Assembly: GCA_964291675.2 (NCBI GenBank)
Contig: OZ219866.1
Location: 2,432,001-2,496,000 of the forward strand
DNA length: 64,000 bases
Source of the DNA: Alphaproteobacteria bacterium
GTDB lineage: Bacteria; Pseudomonadota; Alphaproteobacteria; MPNO01
Direction: 5' to 3'
The stretch's first letter is position 1. Each line of letters starts with the position of its first letter. The position numbers were made by a program, and so were the translations under genes. Shown piece by piece: positions 20,184-29,208 of this stretch. The notes under the pieces were generated by a model, which was not told where the DNA came from, made no database searches, and was given only the letters and a program-made list of their open reading frames with translations.

Positions 20184-21251
20184 CTATCCCCGGTAGACGA
20201 GCCGGATCCGGTGCCGCGTGCCTGCCGGGCTGACGCCCTGCGACCATTGCACCGAATAGGGGGTCGGCGCGCGGAAATCGGGGATCGACAGCCAGAGGCG
20301 CCACAGCACGCGCTTGCGCTCGGGCTCCGGCCAGTCCTCGAACTCCGTCCTGGTGTGGATGGCGGTATAGTTGTTGAGGATCTGGATGTCGCCCCGCCTG
20401 AATTCCATGTCGGCGTGGTGCTCTTCGGCGAGCGCCGAGACGAAGTCGATGGCCTCGCGCTGCACCGGCGTCATGTCCGGCGTCTCGGCCAGCGCGTGGC
20501 CCTTCTGGATGTGCTGCGGCCCGAAAGCGGTCGAGAGCCTGCCGTCGCGGAAGTTGAACACCGGGCTCTCGAAATAGGGGATCTCGCCCGCGTCCGTCTC
20601 GCCATGCTTGGTCCAGCAGAACGGCCGGGTCAGCACGTCGAGCAGGTCGGGGCGCTGCCGCAACACCTCGTTATGGAGCCTGACCGAGCTCGCGATCTTG
20701 GAGAGCCCGCCCGATTTCGCGGTGTGGATGCACAAGAGCGCCACCGCGTCCGTCTGGTCGCAGTGATAGTCCATCGTCGCCGCGGTCTGGTAACCGCGAT
20801 GCCTGGGATGGCCGTATTCCCGGCCGGCGTCCAGCACGTGGCCGATCATGTCGCCTTCCGGGTTGTTGGACCGGGGGGTTCCCATGTGGAGGCCCATCGC
20901 CCAGTACGCGGCGGCGGCCTCCAGCGGCGACAGGTCGTCCATCGGCAGGCCGCGGTAGAGCGCGATGCCCGGCCCGTCGCGCAAGGACTCCAGCATCGCG
21001 TCCACCCGTTCGGCGAACGGGCCGAGGTCGAAATCCGATCGCGCGGTCGCGAGCAGCCGGTCGGGATCGCCGTCCAGCCTCGCGGCGGCGGCGCGCGCCA
21101 TGTCGACCAGATGGGCGGTCTCCGCCGCCGTCGCTTGGAAGCGCCAATCGGTCCTCGCCTCGAGCTCGGGCCCGGTCCAGTCCGCCGGGTCGACCGCCTC
21201 CTGGCCGTTCGAGGCGGCGGGGCGGTCGGCGGCGTCAAGGGTAACGGTCAT
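20184..21251 (-). CDS. TauD/TfdA-family 2OG/Fe(II) dioxygenase
   Basis: YHCD (HxD), GDIQILNN..IHTRTEFED, RVLWRLWL. Confidence 0.85.
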   Translation of the reverse strand: MTVTLDAADRPAASNGQEAVDPADWTGPELEARTDWRFQATAAETAHLVDMARAAAARLDGDPDRLLATARSDFDLGPFAERVDAMLESLRDGPGIALYRGLPMDDLSPLEAAAAYWAMGLHMGTPRSNNPEGDMIGHVLDAGREYGHPRHRGYQTAATMDYHCDQTDAVALLCIHTAKSGGLSKIASSVRLHNEVLRQRPDLLDVLTRPFCWTKHGETDAGEIPYFESPVFNFRDGRLSTAFGPQHIQKGHALAETPDMTPVQREAIDFVSALAEEHHADMEFRRGDIQILNNYTAIHTRTEFEDWPEPERKRVLWRLWLSIPDFRAPTPYSVQWSQGVSPAGTRHRIRLVYRG

Positions 21252-21273
21252 CGGTTCTGCCTCCCGGCAAGCG

Positions 21274-22260
21274 CTACCCGACCCTGGCGGGAGGCGGAGA
21301 TTGCCCGGCGCCGGCCGCCCGGTGGATCTTCTCGATATAGTGGTCGGCGAGGCTTATCGCGTCGCCCGCGTCCTCGAAGATCCCGTTGAGCATCGCGTCG
21401 TAGTTGGGCTGGTGGAAGAACACCAGCGAGATCCGGTCCCGCTGGGCGGCCCCCTGCGGCGGGTTGGCGACCCGGTGCAGGGTCGAGGCCCAGCGCCCGC
21501 CGGTCCAGCGCGCCATCGCATCGCCGAGATTGCAGACGAAGCCGTCCGCGGGCGGGCGCATGTCGGTCCAGCCGCCTTGCGGGAGCTTTACTTGCAGGCT
21601 TCCCGGCACGTCGTCGCCGCGCAGGATGGTGAGCGTGCCGTAATCGGTATGGGCGCCCGCGCGGAGCTGCCGCTCCGCCGGGGCAACGGTCTGCGCCGGG
21701 TAGCGGATCAGCCGCATCACGCTGGCCGGCCGGTCGATCTTGTCGGCGAAGAACCGCTCGTCGAGCCCGAGCGCGAGCGCCATCGCTCCCATCAGGCGGT
21801 CGCCGAGCTCCGACAGGGTGCGGAAATACGCGTCCACCGTCTCGCGGAAGCCTTCCGGCCGCGCGGGGTAGCGGTTGTCGGCGAAGAAATACGCCGCGAC
21901 CTCGCCCCTGTAGTAGGGATCGTCCGGCACGTCGGGCGGGCCCATCGCGTAGGCCTCTTGCAGGTCGGGCGGCGTCTCGACCCCCAGCGTGTAGGCGAGC
22001 GAGCGGTCGGCGTAGGGGTAGTAGCCACGCCCGACCCGGCTCTCCGGCCTGAGAATCCGGCGCTTCTCGGAGACCGGCAGGGCGAAGAAATCGACCGCCG
22101 CCTGGCGGGTGCGGGCGATCAGCTCGGCCGGGACCCCGTGCCCGGTGATGCAGAAGAACCCGGACTCCTCGCACGCCGCGGCGATCTCGTTCGCCACCCT
22201 CCGCCTGTCTTCGGCCCCGCCTTGCAAATAGGGGCCGATATCGATCGCCGGAATCGACAT
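21274..22260 (-). CDS. Isopenicillin N synthase-family 2OG/Fe(II) dioxygenase
   Basis: Start MSIPAIDI at 22260. GFFCITGHGVP, AHTDYGTLT, STLHRV, RIS (RxS motif). Confidence 0.9.
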   Translation of the reverse strand: MSIPAIDIGPYLQGGAEDRRRVANEIAAACEESGFFCITGHGVPAELIARTRQAAVDFFALPVSEKRRILRPESRVGRGYYPYADRSLAYTLGVETPPDLQEAYAMGPPDVPDDPYYRGEVAAYFFADNRYPARPEGFRETVDAYFRTLSELGDRLMGAMALALGLDERFFADKIDRPASVMRLIRYPAQTVAPAERQLRAGAHTDYGTLTILRGDDVPGSLQVKLPQGGWTDMRPPADGFVCNLGDAMARWTGGRWASTLHRVANPPQGAAQRDRISLVFFHQPNYDAMLNGIFEDAGDAISLADHYIEKIHRAAGAGQSPPPARVG

Positions 22261-22383
22261 GCCTGTCGCCTCCCCATGTTTTGATAGAGGATTTCGCTCT
22301 CTGGCGCCAGCACGGCACCGCTCACCGGCTTGCCACCCCCGCCGCCCGGCCGTAGGTTTTGTCTCCCCTTGGAGGCAAGCGCG

Positions 22384-24456
22384 ATGCCGCTGGACGCAGC
22401 GCCCGAGATCGTCCCCTCGACCTGCCCGCACGATTGTCCGAGCGCCTGCGCGCTGGACGTCGAGAGGCTGGACGCGCGCACCATCGGGCGGGTACACGGC
22501 GCGAAGTCCAACCCCTACACGGCTGGCGTGGTCTGCGCCAAGGTCGCCCGCTATGCCGAGCGGGTGCACCACCCGGCCCGCCTGACCCGCCCGCTCAGGC
22601 GCGTCGGCGCCAGGGGGGAGGGGATCGGGGCCTTCGCGCCGATCGGCTGGGACGAGGCGCTGGACGAGGTCGCGGACCGGCTGAGGGCCATCGCCCGGGA
22701 ATGGGGCGGCGAGGCGGTGTGGCCCTATTTCTATGCCGGCACGATGGGGCTGGTGCAGCGCGACGGCATCGACCGGCTGCGCCACGCCATGCGCTACGCC
22801 CGCCAGCACTCGACCTTCTGCGTCGCGCTCGCCGATGCCGGCTGGCGCGCCGGGGTGGGCGTCAAGTACGGCACGGACTCGCGCGAGATCCAGGATGCCG
22901 ACCTGATCGTGGTGTGGGGCGGCAACCCGGTGAACACCCAGGTCAACGTGATGACCCATGTCGCGCGGGCGCGCAAGCGGCGCGGCGCGAAGCTCGTCGT
23001 CGTCGATCCCTACCGCACCGGGACGGCGGAACAGGCCGACATGCATCTGGCGCTCCGCCCGGGCACCGACGGGGCGCTCGCCTGCGCGGTGATGCACGTC
23101 CTGTTCCGCGACGGCCGGGCCGACCGGGAATTCATGCAGCGTTACGCCGATTGCCCGGCCGCGCTGGAGGAGCATCTGCGAACCCGCGGACCCGGATGGG
23201 CCGCCCGCATCACCGGCCTCGGCATCGACGAGATCGAGGCCTTCGCCGCGCTCTACGGGCGGACCGACCGCGCCTATATGCGGGTCGGCTACGGCTTTAC
23301 CCGTTCGCGCAACGGCGCGGCCAACATGCACGCGGTGACCTCGATCCCGACCGTCGCCGGCAAGTGGCGCCACCAAGGGGGCGGGGCGCTCTACTCGAAC
23401 GCGGAGCTGTTCCCGGTCGACTTCACCCTGATCCGCGGCCTCGACGCGATGGACAAATCCACCCGGATTCTCGACCAGGCGCGCATCGGCCCGGTGCTCG
23501 CCGGCGATCCCCGCGACGGCACCGACCGGCTTCCGGTCAAGGCGATCTTCATCCAGAACACCAATCCGATGATGGTGGCGCCGGAAACCCGCAAGGTGCG
23601 CGAGGGCTTCCTGCGCGAGGACCTGTTCGTCTGCGTCCACGAGCAGTTCATGACCGAGACCGCGGCGATGGCCGATATCGTGCTGCCGGCGACGACCTTC
23701 CTGGAACATGACGACATCTACCTCGCCGGCGGCCACACCTATCTCCAGATCGCCCGGCGGGCGATCGAGCCGCCTGGGGAGTGCCGGTCCAACCACGAGG
23801 TGCTGTGCGGCCTCGCCGAGCGCCTCGGTGCCGACCATCCCGGCTTCCGCATGACGGCGTGGGAGATCGTCGACGCGACGCTGAAGGCCTCCGGGCTGGG
23901 CGATGCCGAGTCGGCGGCCGACGGGCGCTGGATCGACTGCGCCAAATCCTCCCGGGAAATGCGCTTCCTCGACGGGTTCGGCCATGCGGACGGCAAGTTC
24001 CGCTTCCGGCCGGACTGGTCCGCCGTCGGCCGCGACGCGGACCGCATGCCCGAGCTGCCGGACCATTGCGCGATCGTCGACGAGGCCGACGACGAGCACC
24101 CGTTCCGGCTGGTGACCGCGCCGGCGCGCAACTACCTCAACTCGAGCTTCACCGAGACGCCGACCTCGCGGCAGCGCGAGGGACGGCCGACGATCAAGCT
24201 GCACCCCGCCGACCTGGCGGCCGCCGGCATCGGCGACGGCGACCGCGTGCGTGCGGGCAACCGGCGCGCCTCCATCGTCGTCCACGCCGAGGCGTTCGAC
24301 GGCTTGCAGCGGGGCGTTGCGGTCATCGAGAGCCTGTGGCCCAACGCGGCGTTCGAGGAGGGGCTCGGGGTCAACGCGCTGGTGAGCGCCGATCCCGGCC
24401 CGCCCTATGGCGGCGCGGTCTATCACGACACCGCGATCTGGGTCCGGCCGGCCTGA
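22384..24456 (+). CDS. Molybdopterin-dependent oxidoreductase (DMSO reductase superfamily, uncharacterised MopB type)
   Basis: N-terminal 4Fe-4S motif CPHDCPSAC..C, VVVDPYRT, RPGTDGALA, ADIVLPAT; no Tat signal. GGAGG RBS before ATG 22384. Confidence 0.88.
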   Translation: MPLDAAPEIVPSTCPHDCPSACALDVERLDARTIGRVHGAKSNPYTAGVVCAKVARYAERVHHPARLTRPLRRVGARGEGIGAFAPIGWDEALDEVADRLRAIAREWGGEAVWPYFYAGTMGLVQRDGIDRLRHAMRYARQHSTFCVALADAGWRAGVGVKYGTDSREIQDADLIVVWGGNPVNTQVNVMTHVARARKRRGAKLVVVDPYRTGTAEQADMHLALRPGTDGALACAVMHVLFRDGRADREFMQRYADCPAALEEHLRTRGPGWAARITGLGIDEIEAFAALYGRTDRAYMRVGYGFTRSRNGAANMHAVTSIPTVAGKWRHQGGGALYSNAELFPVDFTLIRGLDAMDKSTRILDQARIGPVLAGDPRDGTDRLPVKAIFIQNTNPMMVAPETRKVREGFLREDLFVCVHEQFMTETAAMADIVLPATTFLEHDDIYLAGGHTYLQIARRAIEPPGECRSNHEVLCGLAERLGADHPGFRMTAWEIVDATLKASGLGDAESAADGRWIDCAKSSREMRFLDGFGHADGKFRFRPDWSAVGRDADRMPELPDHCAIVDEADDEHPFRLVTAPARNYLNSSFTETPTSRQREGRPTIKLHPADLAAAGIGDGDRVRAGNRRASIVVHAEAFDGLQRGVAVIESLWPNAAFEEGLGVNALVSADPGPPYGGAVYHDTAIWVRPA

Positions 24457-24512
24457 GGCGGCGTCTCGGAAGATTGCTTGCCTTTGTCTCGGCCCCGGCC
24501 ATACCCCCAGGT

Positions 24513-24604
24513 CGTCATGCCCGGACTTTTTCCGGGCATCTCCCCGGCCGGTTGAGCCGAGGTTGCGGGCGGCGTGGATGGCCGGAACAGGTCCCGCCAT
24601 GCCG
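24513..24604. repeat. Paired REP-like palindrome of the GTCATG(C/G)CCGG..GATG(C/G)CCGG..CATG type
   Basis: CGTCATGCCCGGACTTTTTCCGGGCATC followed by GTGGATGGCCGGAACAGGTCCCGCCATGCCG: two hairpins in inverted arrangement, a pattern common in alphaproteobacterial intergenic DNA. Confidence 0.65.
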
Positions 24605-24772
24605 GGGTGGGGACGGGATGCGAGGGCGCGCGCGCTTCGGGAACGGGGCGGTAGCGCGTCAGTGTCCGCGGGCGGGCAAACCGACGCCGTTTCGCCCGCG
24701 CGCCGGTTGCCAGACCGGGTCCGGCAAGGCAACCTGCCGCCACGCAACGCGCGCCCAGCGAAGAGGATCGCC

Positions 24773-25504
24773 ATGCAGCTCGACGACAAGGTCGCCCTTG
24801 TGACCGGCGCGGCCTCCGGCTTCGGCGAGGGCATCGCCCGGCGCTTCGCCGGGGAAGGCGCGAGCGTGGTCGTCGCCGACCTGAACGACCAGACGGGCCG
24901 CAAGGTCGCGGACGAGATCGGCGGCGCCTACGTCCATGCCGACGTCGCGGACCGGGAGGACGTGCGGACCATGGTCGGGACCGCGGTCGAGCGCTACGGC
25001 CGGCTCGACGTGATGGTCAACAATGCCGGCGTCACCCATGTCAACCGGCCGATGCTGGAGGTCGGCGAGGAGGAGTTCGACCGCATCTTCCAGGTCAACG
25101 TGAAGGCGATCTATTTGTCGGCGATGGAGACGGTGCCGCTGATGCGCGAACAGGGCGGCGGCTGCATCATCAACACCGCGTCGACCGCCGGGCTGCGCCC
25201 GCGGCCCGGCCTGACCTGGTACAACGCGTCCAAGGGCGCGGTGATCACCATGACCAAGTCGATGGCCGCCGAGCTCGGCCCCGACAATATCCGGGTCAAC
25301 GCGCTCTGCCCGGTCGCCGGCGACACCCCGCTGCTGCCGTCGTTCCTCGGCGCCAACAGCCGCGAGGCGTTCGAGGCGACCGTGCCGCTCGGCCGGCTGT
25401 CGAGCTCGGAAGACGTCGCCAAGGCGGCGCTGTGGCTGGCGAGCGACGAGGCGAGCTTCATCACCGGGGTCGCGCTCGAGGTGGATGGCGGGCGCTGCGT
25501 TTAG
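24773..25504 (+). CDS. Short-chain dehydrogenase/reductase (FabG/glucose dehydrogenase-like)
   Basis: Start MQLDDKVALVTGAASGFG; VNNAG, WYNASKG, ITGVALEVDGG. Confidence 0.92.
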   Translation: MQLDDKVALVTGAASGFGEGIARRFAGEGASVVVADLNDQTGRKVADEIGGAYVHADVADREDVRTMVGTAVERYGRLDVMVNNAGVTHVNRPMLEVGEEEFDRIFQVNVKAIYLSAMETVPLMREQGGGCIINTASTAGLRPRPGLTWYNASKGAVITMTKSMAAELGPDNIRVNALCPVAGDTPLLPSFLGANSREAFEATVPLGRLSSSEDVAKAALWLASDEASFITGVALEVDGGRCV

Positions 25505-25529
25505 CCGGGCAGCAACCAGGGAGGAACCC

Positions 25530-25985
25530 ATGATCGAGACCAGGGGCGTCGTGCATTTCACCATCCCGGTCACCGACCCGGAACGGAGCGAGAAATTCTA
25601 CGCCGAGGTGCTCGGGCTGGAGACCGTGCAGGTGGTGCCGCCGATCGGCATGGTGTTCATGAAGTCGGGCGACGACCACGTGATCCTGACCCGCAGCAAG
25701 ACCCCGGTCGACCCCAACCCCGGGAACGAGTTCCTGATCCACCACGCGTTCCGGGTCGAGCTCGATGCCTATGACGACGCCAAGCGGCACCTCGCCGAGC
25801 ACGGGGTGGAGATCATCTTCGAGGAGGAGCGCCACGAGGGGGTGTTCCACGGCCGGCAGTGCTATTTCCACGACCCGGACCGCAACGTGCTCGAGATCAT
25901 CGCGCTGGAGAAGATCGGCGAGGGCTACGGCGATGCGGCGCGGCAGCCCGGATTCTCGCCGTTCTCCGCGGGCGAGGGCGGTTAG
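25530..25985 (+). CDS. VOC (glyoxalase/bleomycin resistance) family protein
   Basis: HFTIPVTD..RSEKFY..VLG, HHAF, YFHDPDRNVLEI; GGGAGG RBS. Confidence 0.85.
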   Translation: MIETRGVVHFTIPVTDPERSEKFYAEVLGLETVQVVPPIGMVFMKSGDDHVILTRSKTPVDPNPGNEFLIHHAFRVELDAYDDAKRHLAEHGVEIIFEEERHEGVFHGRQCYFHDPDRNVLEIIALEKIGEGYGDAARQPGFSPFSAGEGG

Positions 25986-25994
25986 CCGGCGGCC

Positions 25995-26828
25995 ATGGGC
26001 GGCAAGCTGCGGGACCGGGTCGCCATCGTCGTCGGCGCCGGGTCGGTCGGGCCCGGCTGGGGCAACGGCAAGGCGGCGGCGGTGCTGTTCGCCCGCGAGG
26101 GGGCGCGGGTGCTGGCCGTCGACATCGACTCCGGCGCGGCGGGCGAGACCGCGGCGATCGTCGCCCGCGAGGGCGGCACGGCCGAGACCTTCACCGCCGA
26201 TGTCAGCCGCGCGGATGAGGTCCGGGCGATGGTCGATGCCTGTCTCGACCGGTTCGGCCGGATCGACGTGCTGCACAACAATGTCGGCATCGTCCAGCCC
26301 CGGCCGACCGCCGAGGTGGACGAGGCCGAGTGGGACCGCGTCTGCGCCGTCAACCTGAAGGGCATGTTCCTCGCCTGCCGCGCCGTCCTGCCGGCGATGC
26401 AACGGAACGCGTTCCGCGTGGACGAGGACGGGCGCCGGATCGGCCGCGGCGCCATCGTCAACATCTCCTCGGTCTCCGGCATCCGCTGGACCGGCGTGCC
26501 CTATGTCACCTACTCGGTGACCAAGGGCGCCGTCCTGCCGCTCACGCGGTCGATCGCGCTGGAATACGCCGCGCGCGGCATCCGCGCCAACGCCATCCTG
26601 CCCGGGCTGATGAACACGCCGATGATCGTCGAGCCGCTGAAGGACGCCTATGGCGGCGGCGATGTCGGCCGGATGATCGAGGCGCGCGACGCCCAGTGCC
26701 CGACCGGGTATATGGGCGACGGCTGGGACGTCGCCCGCGCCGCCCTGTTCCTCGCCAGCGACGACGCGCGCTACGTCACCGGCGCCGAGCTGGTGGTAGA
26801 CGGCGGGATCAGCGCCAAGCTGGCGTAA
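25995..26828 (+). CDS. Short-chain dehydrogenase/reductase
   Basis: GAGSVGPGWGNG, HNNVG, YSVTKG, VTGAELVVDGG. Confidence 0.9.
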   Translation: MGGKLRDRVAIVVGAGSVGPGWGNGKAAAVLFAREGARVLAVDIDSGAAGETAAIVAREGGTAETFTADVSRADEVRAMVDACLDRFGRIDVLHNNVGIVQPRPTAEVDEAEWDRVCAVNLKGMFLACRAVLPAMQRNAFRVDEDGRRIGRGAIVNISSVSGIRWTGVPYVTYSVTKGAVLPLTRSIALEYAARGIRANAILPGLMNTPMIVEPLKDAYGGGDVGRMIEARDAQCPTGYMGDGWDVARAALFLASDDARYVTGAELVVDGGISAKLA

Positions 26829-26881
26829 GGAGCCTTGCGACGACCCCCCGGGGGTTGCGGCTCCCGCGGGAGCCGCGCCGT

Positions 26882-27060
26882 GAGCCGGCGCCGGGCGGCG
26901 GCGAGCGCATGGGCGCGCACCGCCATCGCACGGCGCTCCGACCGGCTCATCGACCCGACCCGCGCGCCAGGAAATCCCGCTCCACGATCGGCTCCCCGAT
27001 CTTGGCGTGAAGATCGCGGACCTCGCTCTCATGGTCCCGGGTCCGCCGCCCGGCGGAATC
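26882..27060 (-). mobile_element. IS3-family transposase remnant (orfA end / orfB start)
   Basis: Minus strand reads HESEVRDLHAKIGEPIVERDFLARGSGR* (stop at 26947), overlapping ATG-SRSERRAM.. as ATGA. This is the typical orfA/orfB junction of IS3-family elements. Confidence 0.7.
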
Positions 27061-27242
27061 CGCCTTGACGACCTGTCCGATTTTCCGGGGCCGCCCCGGT
27101 CTCCCATGGACGCTACGCCGGCGCGCACATCCGGTTCCGGTCTTCGTGGCGCCGGCTCGCTTGCGGAGCCCGGGACTCCCGGCTTCGGGCGGATGATGGC
27201 GCGATTCGGAGGATCGCGGGCCCGTTGGTTCGCCGTGCCGGC

Positions 27243-27256
27243 TTGACTCAGGTCAT
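27243..27256. promoter_or_regulatory. Putative FNR/FixK-type box
   Basis: TTGAC-TCAG-GTCAT versus consensus TTGAT-N4-ATCAA; lies upstream of the CBS-BON remnant and the nar operon. Confidence 0.4.
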
Positions 27257-27319
27257 TGTCCTCGTCCGACGGTTTGGCGAGGATCGGCCGGCGGCTCCGC
27301 GAGCGACGGGAGGCCGGCG

Positions 27320-27494
27320 ATGAAGGCGGAAGACATCGTGACGGCGAAGCAGGGCACTGTCGAGCTCCGGGGCGGTGGCCGGCCCGGAGTCCGAGCGCGC
27401 CGCCTCGAAGGTGCCGGCCGAGGAGATCGCCGGCGTCAAAGGCGTCGTCCAACGCCGCGCCTTGCGGTCGCGGGTGAAGACGGTCGCGCCTTGA
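27320..27494 (+). pseudogene. Collapsed CBS+BON domain gene remnant
   Basis: GGAGG RBS, then MKAEDIVT (CBS-protein-like start) joined to AKQGTVELRG / frameshift / AVAGPESERAASKVPAEEIAGVKGVVQR (BON-like end). Confidence 0.5.
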
Positions 27495-27849
27495 AGCGGC
27501 CAGCAACAATCGGTGTCTTGTCGGTCGCGCCGCGCGCTCCGGCACGGGCCGTCGCGACTGTCGGCCGAGGTCGCCGAGACCCCGGGAAGGGCGTAGCCGG
27601 GACAACCCGAAGCAAGCCCGCCGGACCGGCCGCGACGAACCTGGATTGCGACTTTGTGGCCGAGGCCGACCCGGATGCGGTTGCGCAACGCCTGCCCGGC
27701 ACATTGTCGGAAGCAGCCGGGGTCCGAGCCGTGGCACGAACGCGCTCGATATCGATGATCGGAGACCTCTCCACCGCCGAGGGTTTGCCCCATAGGCTCC
27801 GGGCGGCACTTGGCGAAACCCTTCACCTCTTCGAGTGGGATCACGCGGC

Positions 27850-29178
27850 ATGCACGACCTGACCGGCGTTTCCCGGGGCGACCAGTACCGGGCTCTCGGG
27901 TTGAGTACCTTTTCCTTCACCGTGTGTTTCGCAGTCTGGACGATCTTTTCGATCATCGGCGTCAAGATCAAACAGGATCTGGGGCTGTCGGAGACCGAGT
28001 TCGGGATCCTGGTCGCCACGCCGGTCCTGACCGGATCGGTCAGCCGCATCTTTCTCGGCGTCTGGACCGAGCAGTATGGCGGCCGCATGGTGTTCACGAT
28101 CCAGATGCTGGCCACTGCCGTGGCGTGCTGGCTGCTCTCCGAGGTCCGCACCTACGAGGTGTTTCTGCTCGCCGCGCTCGGCGTCGGGCTGGCGGGCGGG
28201 TCGTTCATCGTCGGCGTCGCCTACACGTCCCAGTGGTTCGACAAGGACCGTCAGGGCACGGCACTCGGGATCTTCGGCGTCGGCAATGTCGGCGCGGCGG
28301 TCACCAATTTCGGCGCGCCGTTCCTGGTGGTGGCGTTCGGCTGGGAGCAGGCCGCCCAGATTTACGCGGTCGCGCTGGCGCTCACCGCCGTCGTCTTCTT
28401 CCTGCTGGCCAGGCCCGACCCCTCGGAGGTGGCGCGCAAGCGCGAGGGCCGCAAGCCGGTTTCCGCGGCCGAGCAGCTCGCGCCGCTGAGGAACATCCAG
28501 GTCTGGCGCTTCGCCACCTATTACTTCTTCGTGTTCGGCGGCTTCGTCGCCCTGGCCTCCTACCTGCCGCGATTCTATGTCGGCGCCTACGGCCTGGAGC
28601 TTGCCACCGCCGGCATGCTGGCGGCGGCCTATTCCATGCCCGGTTCGGTATTCCGCGCGCTCGGCGGCTGGATGTCCGACAGATGGGGCGCGCGCGCGGT
28701 GATGTATGCGACCTTCATCGTGTCCCTGGCCTGCCTGTTCATAATGAGCTACCCGAGCACGGAGTACATCGTTCAGGGCATCGACGCGCCGATCCGTTTC
28801 ACCTTCGGCGTCGATCTGACGTCCTTCGTCATACTCAGCGTGCTGCTCGGGTTCGTGATGTCGTTGGGCAAGGCCGCGGTCTACAAGCACATCCCGGTCT
28901 ACTACCCGCACCATGTCGGCTCCGTCGGCGGCCTGGTCGGCATGATCGGCGGCCTGGGCGGGTTCGTCCTGCCGATCATGTTCGGCATCCTCAACGACTG
29001 GTTCGGCGTCTGGACCAGCTCCTTCATGCTGCTGTTCGCGATCGTGCTGGTGAGCACGGTGTGGATGCATGTGGCGATCCGTCTGATGGAGCGCCGCCGC
29101 CATCCGGGGCTCGCCGACGAACGCTATCTCAGCGATGTTCCGGAATCGCCCGAGCCGGCGCCGGCGTCGACGCCATAG
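27850..29178 (+). CDS. narK: Nitrate/nitrite MFS transporter (NarK1-like)
   Basis: FAVWTIFSIIG, GLAGGSF, QGTALGIFGVGNVG, GGLVGMIGGLGGF; upstream of narG. Confidence 0.9.
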   Translation: MHDLTGVSRGDQYRALGLSTFSFTVCFAVWTIFSIIGVKIKQDLGLSETEFGILVATPVLTGSVSRIFLGVWTEQYGGRMVFTIQMLATAVACWLLSEVRTYEVFLLAALGVGLAGGSFIVGVAYTSQWFDKDRQGTALGIFGVGNVGAAVTNFGAPFLVVAFGWEQAAQIYAVALALTAVVFFLLARPDPSEVARKREGRKPVSAAEQLAPLRNIQVWRFATYYFFVFGGFVALASYLPRFYVGAYGLELATAGMLAAAYSMPGSVFRALGGWMSDRWGARAVMYATFIVSLACLFIMSYPSTEYIVQGIDAPIRFTFGVDLTSFVILSVLLGFVMSLGKAAVYKHIPVYYPHHVGSVGGLVGMIGGLGGFVLPIMFGILNDWFGVWTSSFMLLFAIVLVSTVWMHVAIRLMERRRHPGLADERYLSDVPESPEPAPASTP

Positions 29179-29208
29179 TCCCGGCCCGGATCGAACAGGG
29201 GGTAACGG

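Noticed and set aside
21274-24903. Very long ORF-track entries (1209 aa here; also 59513..62806, 27810..30833, 53579..56305, 25461..28151)
   Set aside because: These are antisense or alternate-frame shadows typical of high-GC DNA. Only the terminal parts of some are real genes (IPNS-like from 22260, dppF from 60499).
27495-27844. ORFs 27248..27844 (-) and 27320..27862 (+) as genes
   Set aside because: No recognisable domain beyond the short CBS-BON remnant and atypical composition; treated as narK upstream DNA.
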